64,000 nucleotides of DNA. It comes from Minisyncoccota bacterium. GTDB lineage: Bacteria > Patescibacteriota > Minisyncoccia > Phycocordibacterales > UBA918. The stretch spans positions 9,517 through 73,516 of the forward strand of contig JBDNIW010000014.1 in NCBI GenBank assembly GCA_041688155.1, in the 5' to 3' direction. The stretch's first letter is position 1, and every line of letters starts with the position of its first letter. The notes under the pieces were generated by a model, which saw nothing but the letters and a program-made list of their open reading frames with translations, did no database searches and was not told the origin of the DNA. The position numbers and the translations under genes are program-made. This document shows, one piece after another, positions 51,473 through 61,603 of the stretch.

Positions 51473-51643
51473 ATGCGCAAAGGGATCAGATCAGGGTTAG
51501 GTTTTCTTATCGTACTATGGGGCTTGTCACAGTTCTTCTCTAATGCATTTCAAGCTTTGGATGGTGCAGCAGCCGAGTCGTTCAAAACACTCGAAGCAGC
51601 CGCCATCACATCTCAAATACAATTACAAAACCAAATTCGCTAA
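51473..51643 (+). CDS. Small membrane protein, 56 aa (not in ORF track)
   Basis: Manual translation MRKGIRSGLGFLIVLWGLSQFFSNAFQALDGAAAESFKTLEAAAITSQIQLQNQIR*. Confidence 0.55.
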   Translation: MRKGIRSGLGFLIVLWGLSQFFSNAFQALDGAAAESFKTLEAAAITSQIQLQNQIR

Positions 51644-51697
51644 AGCGTACCCATGGGCCGGACATTTGTCTGGCCTTTTGTTGTATACTGGTACCAT

Positions 51698-52762
51698 ATG
51701 TCATTAAGTCGAGTTGTTGAGTACGTATTCTTTTTTGGATTATTAATATTGTCAGGCTATATGGTGTGGCAAATAATGTCGCCTTTTTTGAGTGCACTCG
51801 CACTGGCGGCAGTGATTGTGACCATCTCGAGCCCGCTCTACCACAAAATAATCCCGTATATGCCCAGACGCAGCCCATCGTTGGCGGCATTTATCTCCAC
51901 TATTATTGTATTTGTGGTGGGGATTCTCCCAATAGTGTTGATGACTACATTGGTCGTCAATGAAGTTGTTGACTTCTACCGAGATATAGACTCAGCTGAA
52001 GGTCTGACCATCACCACTATTACCGCTAGCATAGAAGATCAAATTCAACGACTAGTGCCTGAGTTTGAGATAAACGTAGCCGACCAGATTCGCCTGAGTG
52101 CGGAGTGGGTTACTGGCAACCTGGCTTCTATTTTTGCGGGAACTATCTCGACGTTCTTTTTATTCTTCATTGCTTTAATTGCTACGTTTTATTTCTTTAG
52201 AGATGGAAAAGACCTTTTAAAACTAGTCATAAAAGCCAGCCCACTGCCAGATACTGAAGACACGGAAATTCTCAATCGAATGGCTCGAGCGATACGGGCG
52301 GTGGCAACTGGAACTCTGCTTGTGGCTTTGATCCAGGCGGTACTGGCGACCATTGGTATGACGGTTGCTGGGGTTGACCGCGCGGTATTGCTTGGGGGAC
52401 TGGTTGCAATTGCAGCTATGATTCCAGGAATTGGAACTGGAGTGGTGATGTTTCCTGTGGTAATTATCCTGTTCATATCTGGCAACGTAGTACCAGCCAT
52501 TGGTTTGCTTATCTGGTCTGTGGCAGCTGTCGGTTTGGTTGATAATTTTATTGGCCCCCAACTGATGAGTCGTGGTAATAACATGCATCCGTTCATTATT
52601 CTGATTTCAGTACTTGGCGGTTTGTCGTTGTTTGGTCCGATCGGATTTCTAATTGGTCCGGTGGTGGTAACTCTGTTTTTGGTCCTGTTGGAGATATATA
52701 ATCATTATATAGTCCAAGATCAAAAGATCAGTGAAATGGTGGATACTCATGATAGAACGTAG
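51698..52762 (+). CDS. AI-2E family transporter
   Basis: FYFFRDG, IPG.GT, DNFIGP.LM, HP..ILISVLGG..LFG..G..IGP. Confidence 0.92.
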   Translation: MSLSRVVEYVFFFGLLILSGYMVWQIMSPFLSALALAAVIVTISSPLYHKIIPYMPRRSPSLAAFISTIIVFVVGILPIVLMTTLVVNEVVDFYRDIDSAEGLTITTITASIEDQIQRLVPEFEINVADQIRLSAEWVTGNLASIFAGTISTFFLFFIALIATFYFFRDGKDLLKLVIKASPLPDTEDTEILNRMARAIRAVATGTLLVALIQAVLATIGMTVAGVDRAVLLGGLVAIAAMIPGIGTGVVMFPVVIILFISGNVVPAIGLLIWSVAAVGLVDNFIGPQLMSRGNNMHPFIILISVLGGLSLFGPIGFLIGPVVVTLFLVLLEIYNHYIVQDQKISEMVDTHDRT

Positions 52763-53156
52763 TTACATTGAAACAATCCTTAGAATCAACGGCATGTCGC
52801 CGTCCGAACCCGATGACATCATTCGGTCAGTTTTACTCAGTGCTCGCTACAATAATGACGAGATAGATACTGCTCTCATGGTTTTGCGTGAGGATTCAGA
52901 AACTAAACGTGTCAGAGTAGAGGGTTTACACAAAGTATTTCGTACCAACGAATCACTTCGACCCCAAGAAATATCCCAACTGCTAGGCATAGACGTTGAT
53001 ATGGGCAGTTACATGTTAGAAACACACGACCCACGCCCTCTTCTGACTAACACATTTGTCAGTGTGTGTGTGTTGTCTGTTTTGCTCGCTGTAGTTGGAG
53101 TACTGCTTTATATGCACATGAACGGTTTTGGTCTGTTTCACCCCGGCGGGTTCTAG
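52749..53156 (+). CDS. Hypothetical protein with C-terminal TM
   Basis: Overlaps upstream stop; coherent ORF. Confidence 0.7.
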   Translation: MIERSYIETILRINGMSPSEPDDIIRSVLLSARYNNDEIDTALMVLREDSETKRVRVEGLHKVFRTNESLRPQEISQLLGIDVDMGSYMLETHDPRPLLTNTFVSVCVLSVLLAVVGVLLYMHMNGFGLFHPGGF

Positions 53157-53210
53157 GATACCTTGCGTTATTGTATGGTAGCGTCTATCATAGTCGTATA
53201 AATTGATTTT

Positions 53211-53750
53211 ATGTTTAGTAAATTTGAACTGATTGGTGCAGGTGTGTGTGTCGCTTTGATGGCGGTGGCTATTTATATGGTCCAACTTCAGACGGCTTTT
53301 GATGATATGTCGAACTTGCAGCCAGCGGCTGTTTTGGAATCTAGGGTGGTGGTTGTCCCGCAATCAAGTGGTGGACGGCAGGCACAGGCGGAGGCATTAC
53401 TAGCAGCGAGTGATAGTCGTGGTAATTTAAATCGTATGGTAGTTAATGATATAACCATTGGTACTGGACCAGTAGTGCAGACAGGTGACACAGTGCGAGT
53501 GCACTATGCTGGACGGTTGCAAGATGGAACTGAGTTTGATAACTCACGTAAGCGCGGTGAGCCACTGGAATTCACCGTTGGAGCTGGCCGAGTAATTAGT
53601 GGTTGGGAAGAGGGGTTGATTGGCATGCAGATGGGCGGGGAACGCATCCTAGTGATTCCACCAGACAAAGCCTATGGTGATCGGGGAGTCGGTCCGATTC
53701 CAGGTGGAGCAACCCTGGTATTTTCCATTGAGCTTGAAGGAATCAACTAA
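53211..53750 (+). CDS. FKBP-type peptidyl-prolyl isomerase
   Basis: VHY.GRL.DGT.FD.S, VI.GWEEG, IPP..AYG, TLVF.IEL. Confidence 0.95.
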   Translation: MFSKFELIGAGVCVALMAVAIYMVQLQTAFDDMSNLQPAAVLESRVVVVPQSSGGRQAQAEALLAASDSRGNLNRMVVNDITIGTGPVVQTGDTVRVHYAGRLQDGTEFDNSRKRGEPLEFTVGAGRVISGWEEGLIGMQMGGERILVIPPDKAYGDRGVGPIPGGATLVFSIELEGIN

Positions 53751-53752
53751 CA

Positions 53753-54961
53753 ATGGCTGACCGACCAGTCACATTCGATATCGTCAAACGACAGCCCGGC
53801 ACATTAGGTCGGGCTGGTGTCATACATACGCCCCACGGTGACATTGAAACACCGGCGTTTGTTGTGGTTGGGACCAAAGGAACGGTTAAGAGCCTTAAGC
53901 CAGAGGATATGGCGCAGTACGTTGGTAATCAGGTGGCACTGGCCAACACCTATCACTTGTTTCTCCAACCAGGTGATGATGTCGTCAAAGCCGCCGGTGG
54001 TCTACATACATTCTCCAACTGGAATATGCCAACCATCACCGACAGCGGTGGGTTTCAGGTGTTTAGCCTCGGGGCTGCGTTTGGTAAAGGTGTGACCAAG
54101 TTTGCTCAGAATGCTGAAGAAGCAGAACGAGCGGCGCAGAATCGTGGGCTTAACGTCTACAGCAAGGAAATGGCTAGCGAACACGGTCGATTATGCGTAA
54201 TTGACGAGGACGGAGTGACGTTTACCTCGCACATCGACGGGAGTATGCACCGGTTCACCGCCGAGCGTAGTATTGAGATACAACAAAACATCGGAGCCGA
54301 TATCATCATTGCGTTTGATGAATGTACCAGTCCAACGGCTGACAAGGCTTACCAAATCGAAGCGATGGAGCGTACTCACCGTTGGGCTAAACGTAGTATT
54401 TTGGCACATAAACAAAACTATGAAGCTCTTAAACGGCAGGGGATTTACGGTGTGGTTCAAGGTGGCAGACACCTTGATCTACGCTCAGAAAGCGCCCGGT
54501 CGCTAGCGGCGATGGATTTTGATGGCTACGGCATCGGTGGGAGTTTTACCAAAGACGACATGGGTGACGCCATCCGCGTCGTGAACGAAATCCTCCCCGA
54601 AGACAAACCAAGACACTTGCTCGGAATTGGTGAGCCGCGCGACATTGTCGAAGGCGTCTCGCTTGGCTGCGATACATTTGATTGTGTTGCCCCAACGAGA
54701 ATCGCCCGTACCGGCACTATCTACGAACGCACCAACGACGGTCACAAACGAGTTAATCTCAAAAACGCCAAGTACACCCGCGATTTCAGCAAACCAGACG
54801 AGTCCTGTGACTGCTACGTCTGTCAGCACTACACCAAGGCGTATTTAGCGCACTTATTCCGAGCTGGAGAAATGCTGGGTCCACACTTAGCGTCGCTACA
54901 TAACCTCTACTACATCGTCAATTTCACTAAACGATTGCGAGAAGAAATACTGACAGGTTGA
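53753..54961 (+). CDS. tgt: tRNA-guanine transglycosylase
   Basis: TPHG.IETPAF, ANTYHL, TDSGGFQVFSL, QGG, FDCV.PTR, CDC..C zinc site. Confidence 0.97.
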   Translation: MADRPVTFDIVKRQPGTLGRAGVIHTPHGDIETPAFVVVGTKGTVKSLKPEDMAQYVGNQVALANTYHLFLQPGDDVVKAAGGLHTFSNWNMPTITDSGGFQVFSLGAAFGKGVTKFAQNAEEAERAAQNRGLNVYSKEMASEHGRLCVIDEDGVTFTSHIDGSMHRFTAERSIEIQQNIGADIIIAFDECTSPTADKAYQIEAMERTHRWAKRSILAHKQNYEALKRQGIYGVVQGGRHLDLRSESARSLAAMDFDGYGIGGSFTKDDMGDAIRVVNEILPEDKPRHLLGIGEPRDIVEGVSLGCDTFDCVAPTRIARTGTIYERTNDGHKRVNLKNAKYTRDFSKPDESCDCYVCQHYTKAYLAHLFRAGEMLGPHLASLHNLYYIVNFTKRLREEILTG

Positions 54962-55005
54962 TATTATAAAGTATATTTACAACCGGATAGAAGCAGGAGA
55001 ATAAG

Positions 55006-55215
55006 ATGTCCCAAGTCACGAGATATTTCGGCCCAAAATTTGCTGAAAATCAAACCAAACCAGTAGATTTGCACTATGCGATCGAACAAATTCAATCGCT
55101 ATTGGAAAATGGCTCTGAGACTTTTACAATCCCCACCGAATTGTTTGTCGAGGCTGCTGCCACCGTTGGGTTGAGAAACAAGGTCGAATTAGCTATAGCA
55201 AACACAGCGAGCTGA
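55006..55215 (+). CDS. Small hypothetical protein, possibly the 5' part of a degraded gene
   Basis: AGGAG upstream of ATG; 69 aa; coding-like sequence with stops follows. Confidence 0.4.
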   Translation: MSQVTRYFGPKFAENQTKPVDLHYAIEQIQSLLENGSETFTIPTELFVEAAATVGLRNKVELAIANTAS

Positions 55216-55404
55216 GTATATAGAGATTGATGCATAAGCCATATCAACTACAGTCTCAGCACTGCAGTGCCAGACATATTATGTCTCGGCTTCAATTGTT
55301 GATGGACGCAGTAACGAAACATGATCATATTGCTGGAACGTTTTGGCAAACAACCCGATAAGGTAAACCACCGGCCCCACCAGCGGTTTTTATATAACAG
55401 AAAT

Positions 55405-55428
55405 ACTTAAGTCATCGATGACTTAAGT
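55405..55428. repeat. REP-like palindrome at RAYT 3' end (contains its TAA stop)
   Basis: ACTTAAGTCATCGATGACTTAAGT. Confidence 0.95.
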
Positions 55429-56082
55429 TTCTAATTGGTTGCTGCTGTGGGCTAACTTTGATGATGTAATTATCTGTTTTATATTATTGTTCTGGTTTAC
55501 GGTGCTGCCTAACAGCCCCTTTATTTCCCGGGTTGTAATGATTGAGGGAAAATTCTTGACTTCTTGATAATCAAACAAGCTACTCCAGCGATACTCACGA
55601 AGCACTTGTAGTGCCGTGTTTGGATCTAAGACTGAACCGGTGCGCCATTGAGGGTGTGAATAGTCTAGCGGGTTCAAATGTATGTAATAAGGGATATACA
55701 GAAAATGTACATCTCTATCAATCGGGATTTTTTTGTATTTGCCTTGCCAGACGTAGCCGCTACGTTCGTATTTTTCGTTATAGAATTTAGCATATCCCAT
55801 GTTTAATTTTTTCATGAATAATGAAAGATTCTTCGAATCATTGTCTACTGGGGAGAGTAGCAAATGGTAGTGATTCTTCATCAAACACCAAGCATGTATA
55901 TGCACTAATGGTTCACGCACCCGACCCATATCAGCCCACAAATTTTGTTGGGTTTTACCATTAGGTGGCGACTGTACATCGTTTAATACGTATAGACTGC
56001 GAACGAACCGCATTCGGTCGCTATCGTCGTGTACAATGTCCCGCTTTTCAATTCCGCGATTAAGGACATGATAGAAATCCAT
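55423..56082 (-). mobile_element. REP-associated tyrosine transposase (RAYT, Y1/HUH)
   Basis: YHVLNRG, CLMKNHYHLLL (HUH), Y.K.YN..Y.RSG.VWQG.Y, YIHLNP, YRWSS; palindromes on both sides. Confidence 0.92.
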
Positions 56083-56094
56083 ATACTTAGAATA

Positions 56095-56132
56095 ACACAC
56101 CACTTAAGTCATCGATGACTTAAGTGGTGTGT
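56095..56132. repeat. REP-like palindrome upstream of RAYT, extended to 38 bp
   Basis: ACACACC-ACTTAAGTCATCGATGACTTAAGT-GGTGTGT. Confidence 0.95.
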
Positions 56133-56150
56133 ATGGTGTATACTTGCTTT

Positions 56151-58196
56151 GTGAAGTTTGAAATCTCGACTGAAAAAAAGCCAGCTGGTGATCAGCCGCA
56201 GGCTATCGCTTCTCTGGTTAAAGGAATCAAGTCTGGTGTCTCGCATCAGACGTTGTTTGGTGTAACTGGTTCTGGTAAAACGTTTACTGGTGCTAACGTG
56301 ATTCAGCAGATTCAGAAACCGACACTGGTAATCGCGCACAACAAGACCCTCGCAGCGCAGCTGGCCCAGGAATACAAGGACTTCTTCCCTGATAACGAAG
56401 TGCATTATTTTGTGTCCTACTACGATTACTATCAACCAGAGGCGTATATGCCAACCTCAGATACGTACATTGAGAAAGAATCGCAGATTAACGAAGAAAT
56501 CGATCGGCTTCGACACGCGAGTACTCAGGCATTGCTGACCCGTGAGGATGTAATCATTGTCGCGTCGGTGTCCTGCATTTATGGTTTAGGGTCGCCAACT
56601 CAGTACTTAAAAAAACACCTCAAATTTGAACGTGGGTTTGAGACGACGCGGACGGAGATGCTTAGAACGCTAGTTGATATGTACTTTGAGCGTACCAACG
56701 CCGACCTCACCCCGGCGCACTTTCGGGCTGTCGGCAATACGGTGGAGATCATGCCTACCAACGAACGGGCAATTTACCGACTTGGCTTCGCTGGTAACAT
56801 AATCAGCAGCATTACCAAAATTGATGAAGTCACGCGAGAAATCATTAGTGAACCGGACGTATTTTTCCTCTTTCCAGCTAAACACTTTGTCACCCCCGAA
56901 GACGAACGTAAAGTTGCCATTGAAGACATCAAGCTGGAACTCGATGAGCGGCTGAAATATTATAAAAAACAACCAGACAAACTACTCGAAGCTGAGCGAC
57001 TCAAACGTCGTACCGACCAAGACCTCGCTATGATGCGGGAGATTGGGTTTTGTAGCGGGATTGAGAACTATTCACGTCACTTTGATCGTCGCAAGCCAGG
57101 TGAAGCACCATACACACTCCTGTCATACTTTCCGCATAAACCAGACGGCACACCTGACTTCCTCACCATCATTGATGAGTCTCATGTGACTATCCCGCAG
57201 TTAAACGGCATGTACGCTGGTGACCGGTCGCGCAAGGACATGTTGGTTGAGTACGGTTTTCGCCTACCATCAGCCGTCGACAACCGTCCGCTCAAATACA
57301 CCGAGTTTGAACAGCGGATTGGGCAGGTTATCTATACGACAGCGACCCCCGGAAAGTTTGAACGAGCAAAGGCTGAAGAGTTGGGTGTGCCGATGGTGCA
57401 GCAAATCATCCGTCCGACGGGGCTGATTGACCCCGAGATTGATGTGCGAGGTATCGACCAGACCGATACTTATCCTGGTCAGGTCAAAGACTTTATCGCT
57501 GAGGCTGAGCGAGTGATTGCTCGTGGCGCCCGAGTGCTGACAACCACCCTCACCAAACGGATGGCCGAAGACCTCGCTGACTTCCTCGAAGAGAAGGGAA
57601 TTAAGACTAAATACATCCACAGTGACGTTGACACGATCGAACGAATCGAAATCCTCACTGACTTCAGGCGTGGAAAGTTTGATTGTTTGGTTGGGGTGAA
57701 CTTACTTCGAGAAGGGTTGGATTTACCTGAAGTTGAACTCGTTGCCATTCTTGACGCTGATAAGGCTGGATTTCTTCGCAGTGAGACGGCGCTCATCCAG
57801 ACCATTGGTCGGGCAGCGCGTAACGTCAATGGCCGGGTGGTACTCTATGCAGACGTGATGACCGACGCTCTGACCTACGCGATCAGTGAGACCAACCGCC
57901 GGCGCGAACTCCAGATGGCCTACAACACCAAACACGGCATCACACCTAAAACCATCATCAAGGAAATCAAATCTATCGCCGATCAAATGCGCACCAAGCA
58001 CGACGAAACAGTAGAAACCCTGCTCAAGGTTGACATGGAACTGTTCAAGAAAAACCCTAAAAAAGTCATGAAAGAAAAAAAGCGTCAAATGGAAGACGCT
58101 GTCTCACAGTTAGATTTTGAAACCGCGGCCATTATCCGTGACGAGATTGTGTACCTCGAAGAATCAGTCACCAAAGCTCAGAAAAAAAAGTTGTGA
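56151..58196 (+). CDS. uvrB: Excinuclease ABC subunit B
   Basis: PAGDQP.AI, GVTGSGKT, YYDYYQPEAY, IDESH, NLLREGLDLPEV. Confidence 0.98.
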   Translation: MKFEISTEKKPAGDQPQAIASLVKGIKSGVSHQTLFGVTGSGKTFTGANVIQQIQKPTLVIAHNKTLAAQLAQEYKDFFPDNEVHYFVSYYDYYQPEAYMPTSDTYIEKESQINEEIDRLRHASTQALLTREDVIIVASVSCIYGLGSPTQYLKKHLKFERGFETTRTEMLRTLVDMYFERTNADLTPAHFRAVGNTVEIMPTNERAIYRLGFAGNIISSITKIDEVTREIISEPDVFFLFPAKHFVTPEDERKVAIEDIKLELDERLKYYKKQPDKLLEAERLKRRTDQDLAMMREIGFCSGIENYSRHFDRRKPGEAPYTLLSYFPHKPDGTPDFLTIIDESHVTIPQLNGMYAGDRSRKDMLVEYGFRLPSAVDNRPLKYTEFEQRIGQVIYTTATPGKFERAKAEELGVPMVQQIIRPTGLIDPEIDVRGIDQTDTYPGQVKDFIAEAERVIARGARVLTTTLTKRMAEDLADFLEEKGIKTKYIHSDVDTIERIEILTDFRRGKFDCLVGVNLLREGLDLPEVELVAILDADKAGFLRSETALIQTIGRAARNVNGRVVLYADVMTDALTYAISETNRRRELQMAYNTKHGITPKTIIKEIKSIADQMRTKHDETVETLLKVDMELFKKNPKKVMKEKKRQMEDAVSQLDFETAAIIRDEIVYLEESVTKAQKKKL

Positions 58197-58238
58197 GTAG
58201 AGTTCGTCTCGCCGATAGACAAGTGCTACACTGCTGGT

Positions 58239-59042
58239 ATGTCAATATTAACCGGAAAGCAGGTCCTAGTTATAGGTGACGAAACCGAGCAGTTAACAAA
58301 AATAGAAGCTGCGTTGATTACCTACGGATCTACCATAACCACCACCACCTGTAAGCAAGCAGACCCGACCTCAATTAGTGCAGCCCACACAGCACTGATT
58401 TTGATTAACCACTTACACGCGGGGGTGCACTGCAACGACACGCTAACTGTTTTGCGGGCAACTCTAGAAACCAAAGACATTCCGGTTTTAGCCCTGGTTC
58501 CAAATGATGAGTCGCACATAGCTGAAGTTTTACTACTTGGTGCGTCTGACTATTTTGTCCCGAGCGAAGACGTTCATACAATTATGGGTAAAATAATGCA
58601 GTCACTGGGTGACTCATCGGTTGCTAATCACCAGAGTGTGATTGATATATCCATTCCAGCAGCTGCCAATCAGACTGGAACGCGAGTGTTTGTGGTTGAG
58701 GATGACTCCCTGTTACAAAACCTTATAGCTACCCGGTTTGAAAAATCAGGTCTAGCATACGAAATAGTTACTAGTGGGGTTGACCTAGTAGAAAAAGTCA
58801 CAGCGTTCAAGCCGCAAATCGTGATTCTTGACTTGATGCTCCCTGGTGAAGATGGATTTAATTTACTCAAAAAACTCAAAACTAGTGCAGCAACGGCCGC
58901 TATCCCGGTGTTGATTTTTTCAAACCGAGACAGTCAAGCCGACCGAACTCTTGCTACTGAGCTTGGAGCAACCGGCTTTTACGTCAAAGCGATGACCGAT
59001 CTATCTGAATTGTTGGATATTATAAATACTAACAAAATATAA
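58239..59042 (+). CDS. Tandem receiver-domain response regulator without output domain
   Basis: Second domain has VEDD, ILDLMLP, FSN, K; first domain is degenerate. Confidence 0.85.
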   Translation: MSILTGKQVLVIGDETEQLTKIEAALITYGSTITTTTCKQADPTSISAAHTALILINHLHAGVHCNDTLTVLRATLETKDIPVLALVPNDESHIAEVLLLGASDYFVPSEDVHTIMGKIMQSLGDSSVANHQSVIDISIPAAANQTGTRVFVVEDDSLLQNLIATRFEKSGLAYEIVTSGVDLVEKVTAFKPQIVILDLMLPGEDGFNLLKKLKTSAATAAIPVLIFSNRDSQADRTLATELGATGFYVKAMTDLSELLDIINTNKI

Positions 59043-59104
59043 TTCATTATTTACTATTGTGCATAGGTACCAAAACTAGTAACTAATGTTTGTATAATAG
59101 ATAC

Positions 59105-61603
59105 ATGTCAAATGTTCCCTCCAAGGTGCTAAAACCAGCTCTTAAGAAAACCAACCGGGTTACAGTACCGTCCAGAAAACCATTAGTAGCTACAAAGGTA
59201 ATCCCTAAAAAAAAGTCACCACCAAAGAAAACATCAGCCACAAAACGACCTGCTGTAGCTGCAAAAAAACCAGTCACCAAGCGGCCCAGTGGAGTCAATA
59301 ACCCAAAGCAGACGGCCAATCCATTAGTGGTACTGCCTACTAGAATGAGTATTAGAGCCAGGGAAAAAGCTCTTGCGTGGACGGAGGAGTTTGAAAAACA
59401 ACTACATCGACCAGCGTACGTGCTTACAATGACGTTTGGGTTACTATTTGTGGTGTTTGGTTGGCTACTTGAGATTAGTGATTTCTCTTTTGACTCTACG
59501 TGTACAGACGCGAGTTGTGTACCACAGCAAGTAGCAACAGTGGCTGCTAGTCAGGTTCCAACCGTTACTCTCATTTCTGCGCTCCCGGCAGTCATCAATA
59601 CCAGCGAGCGGTTGGTGATTGATACCGAGCGGCTTGATCAGATTAAAGGCTTTGTTGAGTCATATGACACTTCTGGCACAAAACAAGTTAAGGAAATAGT
59701 AGTGAACAAGCTACAGAGAAACGTGTATCGAGTCACCATTCCCGGACACCAACTTGTACCAAACTCATACACATTACGTGTTGATGCGTACAACGTCGCA
59801 CAAAACGTCACCACTATTACTCTTGGTCAGTTCAGTGTCGTAAGTGCAGCAACCCTAAACAATACTACCGCTAATAATGTTAGGGGTAGTATTGCAGAAC
59901 CAAGTGTCAGCGGCTCAGATCTGCAAACTCCTGCCGAGACAATCACTGTTGACTCTGATGAAATGAAAGTAACCAATGACCCTAACGTCACACAAACACA
60001 TTCCATCAACAATGCTAAGCCTACTCAGACGCAAACCGTGGACATTGATAAAACGGATGATGTTGTGCTGGTAAAAGAGGTTGATACACCTCTAAACCCA
60101 GCCACCCTCAACCCAGCCATTCCCTCGACAATCAAGATTTCTAGCAGTGCGGTGCTGTCAGGCATTGCCACTGTTTCAATTGATTCATCAGTGACAAATT
60201 TTATTTCAATCTATTTACGCCGAGTACAAAGTACTGAAAAGCAACTGGCTGGCAGAACCCACGGTTCAAGCAAAACTTTTGTACTCAACACTCGGAATTT
60301 TCCCAATGGTGAATATGAGTTGTTCGCTGAGACCAGTACTGTTAATGACAAAACAGTAAGTAATTCGCGTCAGATTACCATTAGCAACCAAACAGAGAAG
60401 CTTAAAGCTGTTGTTCCCCTCACGCCTCCCGTCATTAACGAAGAACGTGCGGTACTTAGAATAACTAGTGATGTTATTGACCCCGTGGGATCCCCGAAAA
60501 CTCAACAATCAGAACCCCAACCAAATTTAACTAAACCAGAAACTGATAACGTATTACAACAAGATACATCACCACAAATAGGTGTTTCAACGACTCAGAA
60601 CTTTGACATACATGAGCACATTAAACGACGAACTTTGGAAAAGCTAGCCAAAGATACCGACACCCTTGATGCATTGTTTACCAGGTTTGCTGTAGCGATT
60701 CAGTCTGGAGACGTAGATTTGATTAGAGAGTCACGGCAGGCAATAGCAAATTACCAGCGACTCATTGTCGAGCTGGCTCTTGCTAACGAAGAAGATAGAT
60801 TTATCGCTGATGATCTGTCTACTTCACTTGAAGTAGAGCTGGAACAAATCGCAAAAAAAGTAGAAACGTTTGAAAGCCTCCGCCGGGAACGGCTCGAAGG
60901 CAGTTCAAGTACAGATACTGACGGTGACGGTATTACTGACATTGATGAACGGGTGCTGTTTGGTACGGATCCACTCCGGGCTGATACTGACGGTGACGGA
61001 TTCACTGATGGAGTGGAAATTATCAAAGGTTTTGATCCCCTTGATGCCGCTAGCGAAGCAGTTATAGTGTACCGTTCACCAAGAGAAACAGTCGGTATCA
61101 CTGCTAATGAGAATCTCCAAGTTACCGAGGTGATCCCAACTGTGCAGCTAGCAAATATGACAGATGAGACAAGTGAGTCGGTTGTACAGGCAACTGTTCG
61201 AGGTAGGGCTCTCGCTAATAGTTTCGTTACTTTGTACCTATTTAGTACTCCAACAGTAGTGACCGTCCGTACTGAAGCTGACGGCTCGTTTGAGTACACG
61301 TTTAGTAAGGAGCTCGAAGATGGCCAACATCAAGTGTTCGTCGCGCTCACAGATAACACTGGAGATATCATCGCCCAAAGTGCTCCCTTCACCTTTATCA
61401 AACAAGCTGAAGCGTTTACTAAGGTAGATGCAGAATCAATTGTGTCCGATAGCCAGTCAGGTGTACTGCAAGGTAATCAGACATTTGCCTTTCAAACGGT
61501 CTTATCCATGTCAGTGCTGGCGCTAGGCATTCTCCTGATCTTACTTGGTATTGGTTTACGAGCAAACCGGCCTGAAGAACTAATTGCCGACCCAGCTGCA
61601 TGA
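59105..61603 (+). CDS. Large two-TM surface protein with Ig-like folds and DTDGDG calcium-binding-type repeats
   Basis: Lys/Pro-rich N-tail, TM, DTDGDG.TD..E...GTDP x2, C-terminal TM. Confidence 0.8.
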   Translation: MSNVPSKVLKPALKKTNRVTVPSRKPLVATKVIPKKKSPPKKTSATKRPAVAAKKPVTKRPSGVNNPKQTANPLVVLPTRMSIRAREKALAWTEEFEKQLHRPAYVLTMTFGLLFVVFGWLLEISDFSFDSTCTDASCVPQQVATVAASQVPTVTLISALPAVINTSERLVIDTERLDQIKGFVESYDTSGTKQVKEIVVNKLQRNVYRVTIPGHQLVPNSYTLRVDAYNVAQNVTTITLGQFSVVSAATLNNTTANNVRGSIAEPSVSGSDLQTPAETITVDSDEMKVTNDPNVTQTHSINNAKPTQTQTVDIDKTDDVVLVKEVDTPLNPATLNPAIPSTIKISSSAVLSGIATVSIDSSVTNFISIYLRRVQSTEKQLAGRTHGSSKTFVLNTRNFPNGEYELFAETSTVNDKTVSNSRQITISNQTEKLKAVVPLTPPVINEERAVLRITSDVIDPVGSPKTQQSEPQPNLTKPETDNVLQQDTSPQIGVSTTQNFDIHEHIKRRTLEKLAKDTDTLDALFTRFAVAIQSGDVDLIRESRQAIANYQRLIVELALANEEDRFIADDLSTSLEVELEQIAKKVETFESLRRERLEGSSSTDTDGDGITDIDERVLFGTDPLRADTDGDGFTDGVEIIKGFDPLDAASEAVIVYRSPRETVGITANENLQVTEVIPTVQLANMTDETSESVVQATVRGRALANSFVTLYLFSTPTVVTVRTEADGSFEYTFSKELEDGQHQVFVALTDNTGDIIAQSAPFTFIKQAEAFTKVDAESIVSDSQSGVLQGNQTFAFQTVLSMSVLALGILLILLGIGLRANRPEELIADPAA

